Assembly: GCA_965202805.1 (NCBI GenBank)
Contig: OZ241869.1
Coordinates: 832,001-896,000 of the forward strand
From: Longimicrobiales bacterium
Lineage (GTDB): Bacteria; Gemmatimonadota; Gemmatimonadetes; Longimicrobiales; Gaopeijiaceae
Direction of reading: 5' to 3'
Length of the DNA: 64,000 bases
Numbering within the stretch: the first letter of the stretch is position 1; each line of letters opens with the position of its first letter. The position numbers and the translations under genes are program-made. The notes under the pieces are model-generated. The model had not been told where the DNA came from, did not search any database, and saw only the letters and a program-made list of their open reading frames with translations. Below are positions 1 through 11,840 of the stretch, piece by piece.

Positions 1-1
1 A

Positions 2-1510
2 ATGATGCCGGAGGAGCTGCGCGAACGCATGGAGGACATGGCGCGCGACTTCGAGGAAATGGACGAGGCCGCATCGCTGGAAGCGCTGGAGCGCCTCGCA
101 CAGGACCAGGAGGAGTTGCGCCAGCGTCTGGAAGAATCGATCGAGCGTTTCCGCCGGGCCGCCACCGAGCAGGAACTGCGCGCCGCCGAGGAGGAAGCCG
201 CCGAGCTGGCACGAAAGGAGGCCGCGCTCGCCGACGCCATGGAGGAGGGGGACACGCTCGACCTGCGCGCGCGCCAGCAGGCCGACCTGGAACAGCAGAC
301 CGAGGCACTCCTGGAGCGCATGGAACAGGCGCGCGAACACCTGGACGAGCTGGGAGAGCAACAGGCCGGAGATCGGGCCGAGGCCGCCGGCGAGCGTACG
401 GATGAAGCTCGCCAGGCAATGGCCGACGCCCGCGAGCAGGCAGAGGCGGGAGAGGCACAGTCGGCCGCGCAGGAGGCCCGCGAGGCAGCGGAGGCGCTCA
501 GGGAAGCGCAGGAGGCGCTGGCCGAAGCGCGCGCCGAGATGACCGAGACCATGGACGCCGCCGCCCGCCAGGCGCTTCAGCAGGCGGCGGAAGATGCCCT
601 CTCCCTCGCGCGCCAGCAGGCTGCGTTGCGCGAGCAGATGCGCCGGGCGAACGCCGCGCAGCAGGCGGCCATGCGGGCCGACGAAGCCTCGCTCCTGCGC
701 GGCGTGCGCAACCTGGCCGAGAATCTGAGCGCCGGCTCGCGAGCCTCCGGCCAGGTCGACCGCGAGGTCAGCACGGCCATCGGCGAAGCCATGGAGGCCA
801 TCAGCGAGACCCTCGAGGCTCTCGACAGCCGGCGCGGATCGACGCCGTCCCCGACCGCGACCGCCGAGGCGGCCGTACGGGCGCTCAACCAGGTGGCGCT
901 TCAGGCCATCGCAAGCGCCGGACAGTCAGGGCAGGATGCGGCTTCCGGCGAAGGTGGCGAGATGCAGGAAATGCTCGAGGCCATCGCCCAGCGCCAGGGT
1001 GATCTGATCATCCAGACCGAGGAACTGATGCCGATGCAGCTGGGCGAGCAGGCGCTTGCCAGACAGATGCAGCAGCTCGCTCAGGGCCAGGAATCGGTCG
1101 CCGGCGAACTCGGTGATCTGGCCCGGCAGCCGAACTCGGAAGAGCAGGCGCTCGGGGACCTTGACGAGCTCGCGCAGGAGGCAGCCGCCCTTGCCGAACA
1201 GCTCGCCATGGAACGCCTGCGCCCGGAGACGATCGAGCGCCAGGAGCAGCTCTTCCAGCGGCTGCTGGACGCCGGACGAAGCCTGGAGCGGGACGAGGAG
1301 TCGGAGGAGCGGGAATCCGAAGTGCCGGGGGAATTCGAGCGCAACATGGTCGCCCCTCTCGGGGAAGAGGAAATGAACGCCCTCCGGTTCGAGCTTCCCG
1401 CCGCGGATGTGCTGGGTCGCCTGCCGCCCGCGCAGAGGCGCCTGGTGATCGAGTACTTCGAGCGCCTCAATCAGGCTGCAACCATCCCGCCCGCGGGAGG
1501 CGGGTGGTGA
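2..1510 (+). CDS. C-terminal part of a large coiled-coil protein, DUF4175-like (begins before the window)
   Basis: E/Q/A/R-rich helical repeats. C-terminal 'ERQEQLFQRLLDAGRSLERDEESEERES...LPPAQRRLVIEYFERL' resembles DUF4175-type C-termini. ORF is open at the window start. Confidence 0.6.
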   Translation: MMPEELRERMEDMARDFEEMDEAASLEALERLAQDQEELRQRLEESIERFRRAATEQELRAAEEEAAELARKEAALADAMEEGDTLDLRARQQADLEQQTEALLERMEQAREHLDELGEQQAGDRAEAAGERTDEARQAMADAREQAEAGEAQSAAQEAREAAEALREAQEALAEARAEMTETMDAAARQALQQAAEDALSLARQQAALREQMRRANAAQQAAMRADEASLLRGVRNLAENLSAGSRASGQVDREVSTAIGEAMEAISETLEALDSRRGSTPSPTATAEAAVRALNQVALQAIASAGQSGQDAASGEGGEMQEMLEAIAQRQGDLIIQTEELMPMQLGEQALARQMQQLAQGQESVAGELGDLARQPNSEEQALGDLDELAQEAAALAEQLAMERLRPETIERQEQLFQRLLDAGRSLERDEESEERESEVPGEFERNMVAPLGEEEMNALRFELPAADVLGRLPPAQRRLVIEYFERLNQAATIPPAGGGW

Positions 1511-3285
1511 ACGGCGGCGTCCGCCGGGGTCTCTCCGGAGCCCTTTCGCTGGCGGTGGGCCTGGCGCTGACAGCGGCTGCGACGGACGGCCAGCTGTCGT
1601 CGAGCGAAGAATCCAGGCTGCTCCGCGAGGCGGCCCGCGCCGAGTCGGCGGGAGACTATGCCGCTTCCGTTGAGATCCTCACCTCGCTGTTGCGGGACCG
1701 GCCTGCTTCGTCGGGAGCCATCTTCGCCCTGGAACGCGTGCTGCGCGCACAGGACCGGGTGTCCCAGGTTCTCGATCCCATCGACGCGTTCCTGGCGGTC
1801 GATCCCGTGTCCACCGGTCCCCGCTACCTCAAGCTGAGGATCCTCCTGGAGGTGGATTCCCTGGCTGAACTGCGTTCCGCGGCGGAATCCTGGATCGCGC
1901 AGAACCCGGCCTCCCCGGATTCCTATCGCGAGGTTGCTCGCGTGTACGAGCGGGCGTTCGGCGGCGAAGAAGCCCTCTCCGTGCTGCGGCGCGGACAGGA
2001 CCGTGCCGGTGAGGGGGTTCTCGCGGTAGAGGCCGGAGATGTCCTGCTTCGCCTCGGGCGTCCCGGGGAGGCCCTCCTCGAGTGGGCGCGCGCGCTCGAC
2101 GGCTCCGAGGCCCAGGCCCCCGGGGCATTGCGACGGATGGTGCGCGCCGGCGGGGAGAATCCCGGACTGGCACCCGGGGTTGTCCGCGAGCTGGCGGTGG
2201 ACGGCGCGTCCGACGCCCGCAGGCGGGCGGCGATCGAGATCGCGCTCGAGGCCCGCCTGCAGCCGGAGGCGCGGCGGCTTGCGGAGGAGGTTGCGGAAGA
2301 TCTTGCGGAGCCGGAACGGCAAGCCTTCCTCAACGCGCTTCTGCGTCTCGCCGAAGAAAAGGACGCCGATCAGCTCGCGCTGTGGACGCTGCAGCAGCTG
2401 CGTCGGGAGGTTCCCAGGGGTTCAAGCGCGCGCACGCTGGACCGGCAGATCGCCGTCACGTCGCTCGTGGCCGGGGATACCGTGCGCGCGCTGGCAGCCA
2501 GGGAGCGATACGCCCGCGGGTTGCCCCAACGCTCGCCGGAGCGGAGGCGGGCGCTGGCCGAGATGATTCGCCTGGAGATGGCGACCGGCGCGCCCGCCGA
2601 CCTGCTGGATCGTTTCGGCGCCTTCCACCAAGAGTTCCCGAACGCCCCCGAGGCCGACCCGCTGGCGGTCGCGCTCTCCGAGCGCCTCCGGAACGACGGC
2701 GAACCGGAAGTCGCGGCTCGGATGCTGGAAGGGGTCCAGGGCCCGTTGAGCGCCCGGCAGCGCGCGTGGCTGGCACTCGAGGCGGGCAACCTGGAAGGCG
2801 CCCGGGTCAACCTGATCCTCGCCGCGGCGGGGCTGCCCGCCACCGAGGCCACCGCGATCGTGCAGCTTGTCGGCATCCTCGACCGGGTCGGCGAGGAGGC
2901 GTCCGAACTGGCGGGAAGGGTGTCCATCTCACGCCATCGGGAGGGCGCCGAGGCGGCATTCGAGCTGGTGCACGAGGCGGTGCACGCCCTGCCGCCGGAA
3001 GACCAGCCTCCCCTCCTCGCCCTGGCCGCCCGCCTCGCCGACGAAATCGACCGGCAGGGCGAGGCGGCACGCCTGCGCGAATCCCTCGCCGCCACCTTTC
3101 CGGAATCGAGCGAGGCGCCCGAAGCCATACTGCAACTGGCCCGCTACCGGGCTTCCACCCCGACCGGCGTGCCGGCCGCCATCGGGCTCCTCGAGGAACT
3201 CATTGTGGCCCGTCCCAACAGCGCGGTGGTGCCGGTGGCCCGCCGCGAACTGGAACGCCTGAGGGCATCAGGAGGTGTTTCGTGA
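1504..3285 (+). CDS. Exported TPR/alpha-solenoid protein
   Basis: N-terminal signal-like segment, Ala/Leu-rich helical repeats, 'FPESSEAPEAILQLA' and 'RPNSAVVPVARRELERL' TPR-like ends. Overlaps both neighbours. Confidence 0.7.
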   Translation: MVNGGVRRGLSGALSLAVGLALTAAATDGQLSSSEESRLLREAARAESAGDYAASVEILTSLLRDRPASSGAIFALERVLRAQDRVSQVLDPIDAFLAVDPVSTGPRYLKLRILLEVDSLAELRSAAESWIAQNPASPDSYREVARVYERAFGGEEALSVLRRGQDRAGEGVLAVEAGDVLLRLGRPGEALLEWARALDGSEAQAPGALRRMVRAGGENPGLAPGVVRELAVDGASDARRRAAIEIALEARLQPEARRLAEEVAEDLAEPERQAFLNALLRLAEEKDADQLALWTLQQLRREVPRGSSARTLDRQIAVTSLVAGDTVRALAARERYARGLPQRSPERRRALAEMIRLEMATGAPADLLDRFGAFHQEFPNAPEADPLAVALSERLRNDGEPEVAARMLEGVQGPLSARQRAWLALEAGNLEGARVNLILAAAGLPATEATAIVQLVGILDRVGEEASELAGRVSISRHREGAEAAFELVHEAVHALPPEDQPPLLALAARLADEIDRQGEAARLRESLAATFPESSEAPEAILQLARYRASTPTGVPAAIGLLEELIVARPNSAVVPVARRELERLRASGGVS

Positions 3286-4565
3286 ACGCTTTCCAATGGT
3301 CGGCTCTCGGACCGTGCATGCGCCGGGCGGGGCTGTTCGCGGCCCTGCTGCTCGCGCCGCAGGCTCTCCGGGCCCAGCATCTCCTGGTGCCGATGGACCA
3401 GGACCAGGACGATCACCTGAAGGCCTACGGGCTCACCTACTGGAGCCTTGAGCGCGGTGCGACTGCGGAGTGGCTGCTCAACTATCGTGACGGCTCCTTC
3501 CTTCTGCCGGACAGGCAGGACGTTCGCCGGGAGGCGGCGTTTCGCGGCGTCAGCATCGAGTCTGTGAGCGCAGCCGACGTGGCGGCGATGCGAGCGGTGA
3601 TCGCGCGCTCCAACATGGAGTCGGTAATCCTCGAGAAGGCACCCAGCATAGCGATCTACACGCCCGCCAACACGACGCCCTGGGACGATGCCGTGACCAT
3701 GGCGCTCGAGTATGCGGGCATCACATACGACAAGGTGTGGGATCCGGAAGTCCTGAACGGGGACCTCGAGAACTACGAGTGGCTCCATCTCCACCACGAG
3801 GACTTTACGGGCCAGTATTCCAAGTTCTTCATCACATATGCCGGAGCTCCCTGGCTGCAGGAGGAAGTGGCCCGCAACCAGGAAGTGGCCACGGCGTTCG
3901 GATATCCGCACGTGCCCGCGCTCAAGAAGGCTGTGGCGAACACGATTCTCGACTACGTGGAGGGAGGCGGCTTCCTCTTCGCCATGTGCTCGGCAACCGA
4001 GACGCTCGGCCTGGCCCTGGCGGCCCGGGAAGCCGACATCGCGGCGGCCTTCGCCGACGGCACCCCGCCGGCCCTCGACGCCTCGGCGCACATGGACTGG
4101 GACCGGGCGCTGGGGTTCATGAACGCCGAAGTGCAGCTTTCACCGTCGGTCAACGCGTTCAGCGACATAGACGGTCATCAGGTCAACACGCCGTGGCGGG
4201 AAGAGCTGGGGGCGTTCTCGCTCTTCGAGTTCTCCGCCAAGCTGGATCCCGTGCCCTCGATGCTGACGCAGAGCCACGAGGACGTGCTCTCGGACTTCTA
4301 CGGGCTCACGACGTCCTTCCGCATCGACCGCATCAAGCCGGGTGCCATCATCCTGGCACAGGAGGGCGGATGGGCCAAGTACATCCACGGAAACCGGGGC
4401 GAAGGCACCTGGACCTTCTACGGCGGGCACGATCCGGAAGACCCCGAGCACCAGATCGGCGATCCGCCGACGGATCTCTCCCTGCACGCCAATTCGGGCG
4501 GGTATCGCCTGATACTGAACAACGTCCTCTTCCCTGCGGCCCGGAAGAAACAGCGCAAGACCTGA
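3282..4565 (+). CDS. Exported protein with a class I glutamine amidotransferase-like domain (family often labelled 'asparagine synthetase B')
   Basis: GGAGGT RBS at 3271-3276, then GTG at 3282 overlapping the upstream TGA. Signal peptide ending 'PQALRA|QHLLVPMD'. Motifs 'HLKAYG', 'WLHLHHEDFTGQY', 'GGFLFAMCSA', 'GGHDPED'. The 2082 start in the ORF track is a spurious extension. Confidence 0.7.
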   Translation: MNAFQWSALGPCMRRAGLFAALLLAPQALRAQHLLVPMDQDQDDHLKAYGLTYWSLERGATAEWLLNYRDGSFLLPDRQDVRREAAFRGVSIESVSAADVAAMRAVIARSNMESVILEKAPSIAIYTPANTTPWDDAVTMALEYAGITYDKVWDPEVLNGDLENYEWLHLHHEDFTGQYSKFFITYAGAPWLQEEVARNQEVATAFGYPHVPALKKAVANTILDYVEGGGFLFAMCSATETLGLALAAREADIAAAFADGTPPALDASAHMDWDRALGFMNAEVQLSPSVNAFSDIDGHQVNTPWREELGAFSLFEFSAKLDPVPSMLTQSHEDVLSDFYGLTTSFRIDRIKPGAIILAQEGGWAKYIHGNRGEGTWTFYGGHDPEDPEHQIGDPPTDLSLHANSGGYRLILNNVLFPAARKKQRKT

Positions 4566-4605
4566 CGCCGGCCCGAGGGAGGACCATCCTCCGGACCCCC
4601 GCCCC

Positions 4606-7206
4606 GTGACCCGCGAGCGGGCCCCCTCCCGGCCCGATCTCGTCCTCGCGCCCGAGGCCGCGAAGCGCATGCGCGAGCAGATCGCGCGGGCGGGCGGGCG
4701 CGAAGTCAGCTTTCTCGCCAACGTGACCCCCGAACGGGTCATCGTGGACCCCCGAACGGTCGCCCGGGGGAACCGTGCCGCCGTGCTCGCCGCGGCCAGC
4801 GACGCGCGCACCGGCGAGATCATGCTGCACAACCACCCCTCCGGACTCCTGGAGCCCTCCGACGCGGACCTCCACGTGGCCGGCCGGCTCTACGAACAGG
4901 GCGTCGGCAGCGCCATCGTCGACAACCTGGCGAGAGCGCTGTACGTGGTGGTGGAGCCGCCGCCGCCGTCGTCGCTCGAACCCCTGGACATCCCCGGGAT
5001 GGAAGCGCTGGCCGCCCCGGGCGGCGCCCTCTCGCGCCTGCACGAGCGCTATGAGGATCGTCCCGGTCAGCGTGCCATGCTGGCGGAGGTGGCGCGAGGA
5101 TACAATCAGGACGAGGTCACCCTGGTGGAGGCCGGCACCGGCACCGGGAAGTCGGTCGCCTATCTGCTGCCCGCGGCGCGCTGGGCGATCCGCAACAAGG
5201 AACGGACGATCGTCTCGACCAACACCATCAACCTGCAGGAGCAGCTCGTCGCAAAGGATCTTCCTCTCGTGCGCGAGCTCCTGGGAGAGGATTTCCGCTG
5301 GGCCCTGATGAAGGGCAGGGGGAACTACATCTCCATCCGCCGGGCTCATCTGGCGGCGGAGAGCGCGGCCACCCTCTTCGGGAAGGACCGCACCCGCGAG
5401 GTCGATGCGCTGCTCGACTGGATCGCGGCCACGGAAGACGGGTCGCTCGCCGATCTGGCGACGGCCCCGTCCCGGGAGGTATGGGAAGAGGTGCAGTCCG
5501 ACTCCGACATCTGCCTGCACGCCCGCTGTCCCCACTTCCAGTCGTGCTTCTACCAGCGCTCGCGACGGGTGGCGGCGTCCGCCGACGTGCTGGTGGTGAA
5601 CCACCATCTTCTCTTCTCCGACCTCTCCTTGCGCATCGCCACCGACAATTTCACCCAGTCCGCGGCGCTGCCGGCATACCGGCGACTGATCCTGGACGAA
5701 GCGCACAACGTCGAGGACGCCGCCACCAGCCACCTGGGCGCCAGCCTCAGCCGGAAGGGATTCGCAGCCACGCTGACCCGCCTGGAGCGTGTGGCGGGTG
5801 TGGTGCGCCGAAAGCTCGCCGGCCTTCCCACGGTGCCCGAGGATGGCCCGCGGCCGGAGGGTCCCGTGTCGGATCCGGCGACGAGGCCCCTTCTGGAACG
5901 ACTCAAGGACCGCGTGCTCCCCGCACTGGTCCGGACGCGCGGACAATTCGAAGCCTTTTTCCACATCCTCGACGAGATGGCGCCCCTGCCCGGAGGCGTG
6001 CGCGTGAGGCTGGGCTCGAAGCAGCTCCCGGAGCCCATCGACCAGGAGCGGGTTCACAGAAGCCTCGGTGCGCTTCTGGACGCGCTCGCAGGGCTGACGC
6101 GCGAAGTGTCCGAGCTCGGCGCGCGCATCGAGCTCACCGACGAGTGGCGCGAACCGCTCGAGGGAAGGGTCCTCGACCTGCGGAGCATCGAGCGCCGCCT
6201 GACCAATGCGTCGCGGAGCCTGCGCCTCGTCCTGGATCCCGCGGAGGAGGGACAGCGATACGTTCGCTGGGTGGAGCAGAGGAGTCCCCGGCGTGGAAAG
6301 CGCCGCAACCTTCATCTCGCCGCCGCGCCCATCGAGCTGGACGAACTGCTCAGGGAACAGTTGTTCAAGCGCCTTCGCACCACCGTGCTCACCTCGGCGA
6401 CGCTGACCACCCGCAGGAGCTTCGGCTTCCTGCGCGGACGTCTCGGGCTCGCGCGCGACCCCGGCGATGCGCCTGCCCTCAGGGTCGCCGAAGCACGCAT
6501 CGACTCTCCCTTCGACTTCGCCTCGCAGACCCTGCTCTGCGTTCCGTCGGACCTGCCGCGACCCGCGTTCGGGAGTTCGGCGGGAAGCGGCTCGTTCAAT
6601 CGTGCGACCGCCCGCGCCGTTGCGGCACTCGCCGACATCTCGCGGGGTGGACTCTTCGCCCTTTTCACATCGCATCGGGCCCTGCGCGCGGTGGCGGAGG
6701 CGCTGCGGGCGGGGGGAGAGGGACGCTGGCCGCTACTGGTGCACGGAGAGGACGACCGATCGCGGCTTCTCTCCCGCTTCGTCGAGGCGGGCAACGCGAT
6801 TCTGCTGGGCACCTCCTCCTTCTGGGAGGGCGTGGACGTGCCCGGCCGCCCCCTGCGCGGGCTGCTCATCCAGAAGCTTCCGTTCAGCGTCCCCACCGAT
6901 CCGGTGGTCGAAGCGCGCATGGAAGCCATCGAGGCGGTCGGAGGAAACCCGTTCCAGGAGTTGATGCTGCCTCAGGCCGCGCTTCGCCTGCGCCAGGGCT
7001 TCGGTCGCCTCGTGCGCTCGCGCCGGGACCGGGGAGCCGTGGTGCTGCTGGATTCGCGAATCGTCAAGTACCGCTATGGCCGCTACCTGCTCGAGTCGCT
7101 CCCTCCGGCGCCGCTCGCCCACGGGCCCTGGCGCCGCGTCGAGAAGGACCTGCGTGCGTTCTATGGCCCCCCCGCCAGGCCAGGGACTGCGCAGCGCACG
7201 GGATAG
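4606..7206 (+). CDS. dinG: DinG/YoaA-family SF2 helicase with N-terminal JAB/MPN (RadC-like) domain
   Basis: JAB motif 'REV...HNHPSGLLEPSDAD'; Q motif 'RPGQ'; Walker A 'EAGTGTGKS'; 'DEAH'; 'SATL'; 'FWEGVDVPG'; 'QGFGRLVRS'. Confidence 0.9.
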   Translation: MTRERAPSRPDLVLAPEAAKRMREQIARAGGREVSFLANVTPERVIVDPRTVARGNRAAVLAAASDARTGEIMLHNHPSGLLEPSDADLHVAGRLYEQGVGSAIVDNLARALYVVVEPPPPSSLEPLDIPGMEALAAPGGALSRLHERYEDRPGQRAMLAEVARGYNQDEVTLVEAGTGTGKSVAYLLPAARWAIRNKERTIVSTNTINLQEQLVAKDLPLVRELLGEDFRWALMKGRGNYISIRRAHLAAESAATLFGKDRTREVDALLDWIAATEDGSLADLATAPSREVWEEVQSDSDICLHARCPHFQSCFYQRSRRVAASADVLVVNHHLLFSDLSLRIATDNFTQSAALPAYRRLILDEAHNVEDAATSHLGASLSRKGFAATLTRLERVAGVVRRKLAGLPTVPEDGPRPEGPVSDPATRPLLERLKDRVLPALVRTRGQFEAFFHILDEMAPLPGGVRVRLGSKQLPEPIDQERVHRSLGALLDALAGLTREVSELGARIELTDEWREPLEGRVLDLRSIERRLTNASRSLRLVLDPAEEGQRYVRWVEQRSPRRGKRRNLHLAAAPIELDELLREQLFKRLRTTVLTSATLTTRRSFGFLRGRLGLARDPGDAPALRVAEARIDSPFDFASQTLLCVPSDLPRPAFGSSAGSGSFNRATARAVAALADISRGGLFALFTSHRALRAVAEALRAGGEGRWPLLVHGEDDRSRLLSRFVEAGNAILLGTSSFWEGVDVPGRPLRGLLIQKLPFSVPTDPVVEARMEAIEAVGGNPFQELMLPQAALRLRQGFGRLVRSRRDRGAVVLLDSRIVKYRYGRYLLESLPPAPLAHGPWRRVEKDLRAFYGPPARPGTAQRTG

Positions 7207-7336
7207 GAGGCAGTCCGGCCCGCCGCGGGCAGTTTTCCCCCCGCGGCCAACCCGGTACATTACCAGCGTTCGCGGTCTTCCCTTCGCGCGCCAGCGGATC
7301 TGCCTCTGCGCGGCACCCAAATCGGGCTCTGACTCC

Positions 7337-7552
7337 ATGAAACGGATCGCCGGCATTCTCGTCGCAGCCTTCTACGCGGTCATCACCTTCCTGGCTTTCG
7401 GCCATTCGATGGATGGATGGGCCGGCGGACACGCCGACCTGGGCTTCTGGTGGGCCGTGATCGGCGGCTTCCTCGCCATCGCCGGACTGGGGGCATTGAT
7501 CGGCACGCTCCTGCACACGGGCCGGAGGAACCGCCTGCCATCGGGCGGTTAG
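7337..7552 (+). CDS. Small membrane protein (71 aa, two predicted TM helices)
   Basis: ATG at 7337: MKRIAGILVAAFYAVITFLAF...LGFWWAVIGGFLAIAGLGALIGTLL. Fills an otherwise empty intergenic gap. Confidence 0.6.
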   Translation: MKRIAGILVAAFYAVITFLAFGHSMDGWAGGHADLGFWWAVIGGFLAIAGLGALIGTLLHTGRRNRLPSGG

Positions 7553-7645
7553 AAGGCCCAAACCGCGCGGGGGCGCTGCCCCGGGCGGGTCTCGATGTTC
7601 CGGCCCCCTGTCAACCTCAGCCACTGAAAGCACGGGCGCGTCCCC

Positions 7646-8284
7646 ATGAGCCTGAAGCGTACCCCGACCAAGATCGTCTGCGTAGGAAAGAACTACGCGC
7701 TCCACGCACAGGAGCTGGGCACTGACGTTCCCCCTGAGCCCATCATCTTCCTGAAACCGGTCTCCTCCCTGTTGGCCCCCGGCGAGACCATCCGGATGCC
7801 TTCCTGGGCCGGGCGCGTGGACTTCGAGGGAGAGATCGCGCTGGTGGTGGGGAAGCGCGCCCGCCGGGTCGCGCGCGAGGACGCATGGGACGTGGTCGAT
7901 GCCGTCGTGCCCCTGAACGACGTGACTGCGCGCGATCTCCAGCGCAGGGACGGGCAGTGGACCCGCGCCAAGAGCTTCGACACCTTCTGCCCGGTGGGTG
8001 AACCGGTCCCGGTGGCGGATGTGGATATCGGGGAGCTGGAGGTGATCACGCGTGTCAACGGGAGGGTGCGCCAGCACGCCCATGTGAACACCATGGTGTT
8101 CCCCATCCCCGAGTTGATCCGCTTCATCACCGCGGTCATGACCCTCGAGCCGGGCGACCTGATCGCGACCGGCACGCCTGACGGAATCGGGCCGCTCGCG
8201 CCAGGCGACCGGGTCGAGGTCGAGATACCGGGCGTGGGGACGGTCGCCAACCCGGTGGCGGTGGAGGAGGTCGACTCCGGCTGA
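7646..8284 (+). CDS. Fumarylacetoacetate hydrolase family protein
   Basis: 'KIVCVGKNYALHAQE', 'DFEGEIA', 'NDVTARDLQ', 'WTRAKSFDTFCP', 'PGDLIATGTP'. Confidence 0.95.
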   Translation: MSLKRTPTKIVCVGKNYALHAQELGTDVPPEPIIFLKPVSSLLAPGETIRMPSWAGRVDFEGEIALVVGKRARRVAREDAWDVVDAVVPLNDVTARDLQRRDGQWTRAKSFDTFCPVGEPVPVADVDIGELEVITRVNGRVRQHAHVNTMVFPIPELIRFITAVMTLEPGDLIATGTPDGIGPLAPGDRVEVEIPGVGTVANPVAVEEVDSG

Positions 8285-9086
8285 TGAGGGATGCGCCCGC
8301 GGCCCGCTCGATCGCCTCCTCCGGGGCTCCCCGGTGGGTGCGCTGGGTCGCGGCAGCCATCTCCGTGGCAACCCATGCGATCGTGATTCTGATCTACCCG
8401 CATCTGAGGCCCGAGACGGCGCCCCCTGTCGCGCCGCTGCCGGTCTTCGTTCCCGCCAGTCAGGACGGCATGCAGGTCGTGCAGCTCCTCGAACTCGACG
8501 AGGCTACTCTCGAGCCTGCTCCGGAGCCCGAGCCGGAGGTCACCCCGGCGCCCGAGGAACCGGCACTCGCGGAGGAGGCGATTCCGGGGGTCGTCGTCGC
8601 CGACGTCGAAATCCCGACCGGCGACCCGCGCACGGCCGCCGAGAGGCTGCGGCCCTTCATGAACAACCCCGAGGTCTGGCGTCCCATCGACCCGGAGTTG
8701 CTCGACCTCACCCTCGAGGAGCGTGCGCGTTTCGAGATGGCCGCGGTCCTCGATCTCTGGATCGACTCGATCACGACCGCGGAAGCTGCTCGGGTCGCCG
8801 CGATGGACTGGACCTATACGGACGCGGACGGCGGCCGCTGGGGATTCTCGCCGGGCAAGATCCACCTGGGCGACATCACCCTCCCGCTTCCCTTCCAATT
8901 CGGCCCCAACCCCTCGCGCATCAACGAGCTGCGTGAACGCGACTGGGAATGGATGGAGCTCGAACGGGGCGCGGTCGCGGCCGCCGTGGAACAATCCTGG
9001 AAGGATCGCCAGCGCGCCATCCGTGCGCGGATGGACGCTGAACGCGCGGCTGCGCGGGGGGATTCGGTGCGACGCCCACCCGGGAC

Positions 9087-9090
<4 letters not shown>
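8284..9090 (+). CDS. Membrane-anchored protein with TonB/TolA-like N-terminus and unrecognised C-terminal domain
   Basis: TM helix with SxxxH ('ISVATHAIVILIY'), Pro/Glu-rich spacer 'EPAPEPEPEVTPAPEEP'. Overlaps both neighbours. Confidence 0.6.

Positions 9091-11836
<2,746 letters not shown>

Positions 11837-11840
<4 letters not shown>

Noticed and set aside
2082..3281. Arg/Gly-rich N-terminal extensions in the ORF track (also 24589-26040, 30857-32332, 33046-33852)
   Set aside because: These are alternative frames inside upstream genes; better starts with an RBS or stop/start overlap lie downstream.
4606..7206. DinG as part of a type IV CRISPR or other defence system
   Set aside because: No cas genes, CRISPR array or defence-island neighbours; the context is housekeeping.
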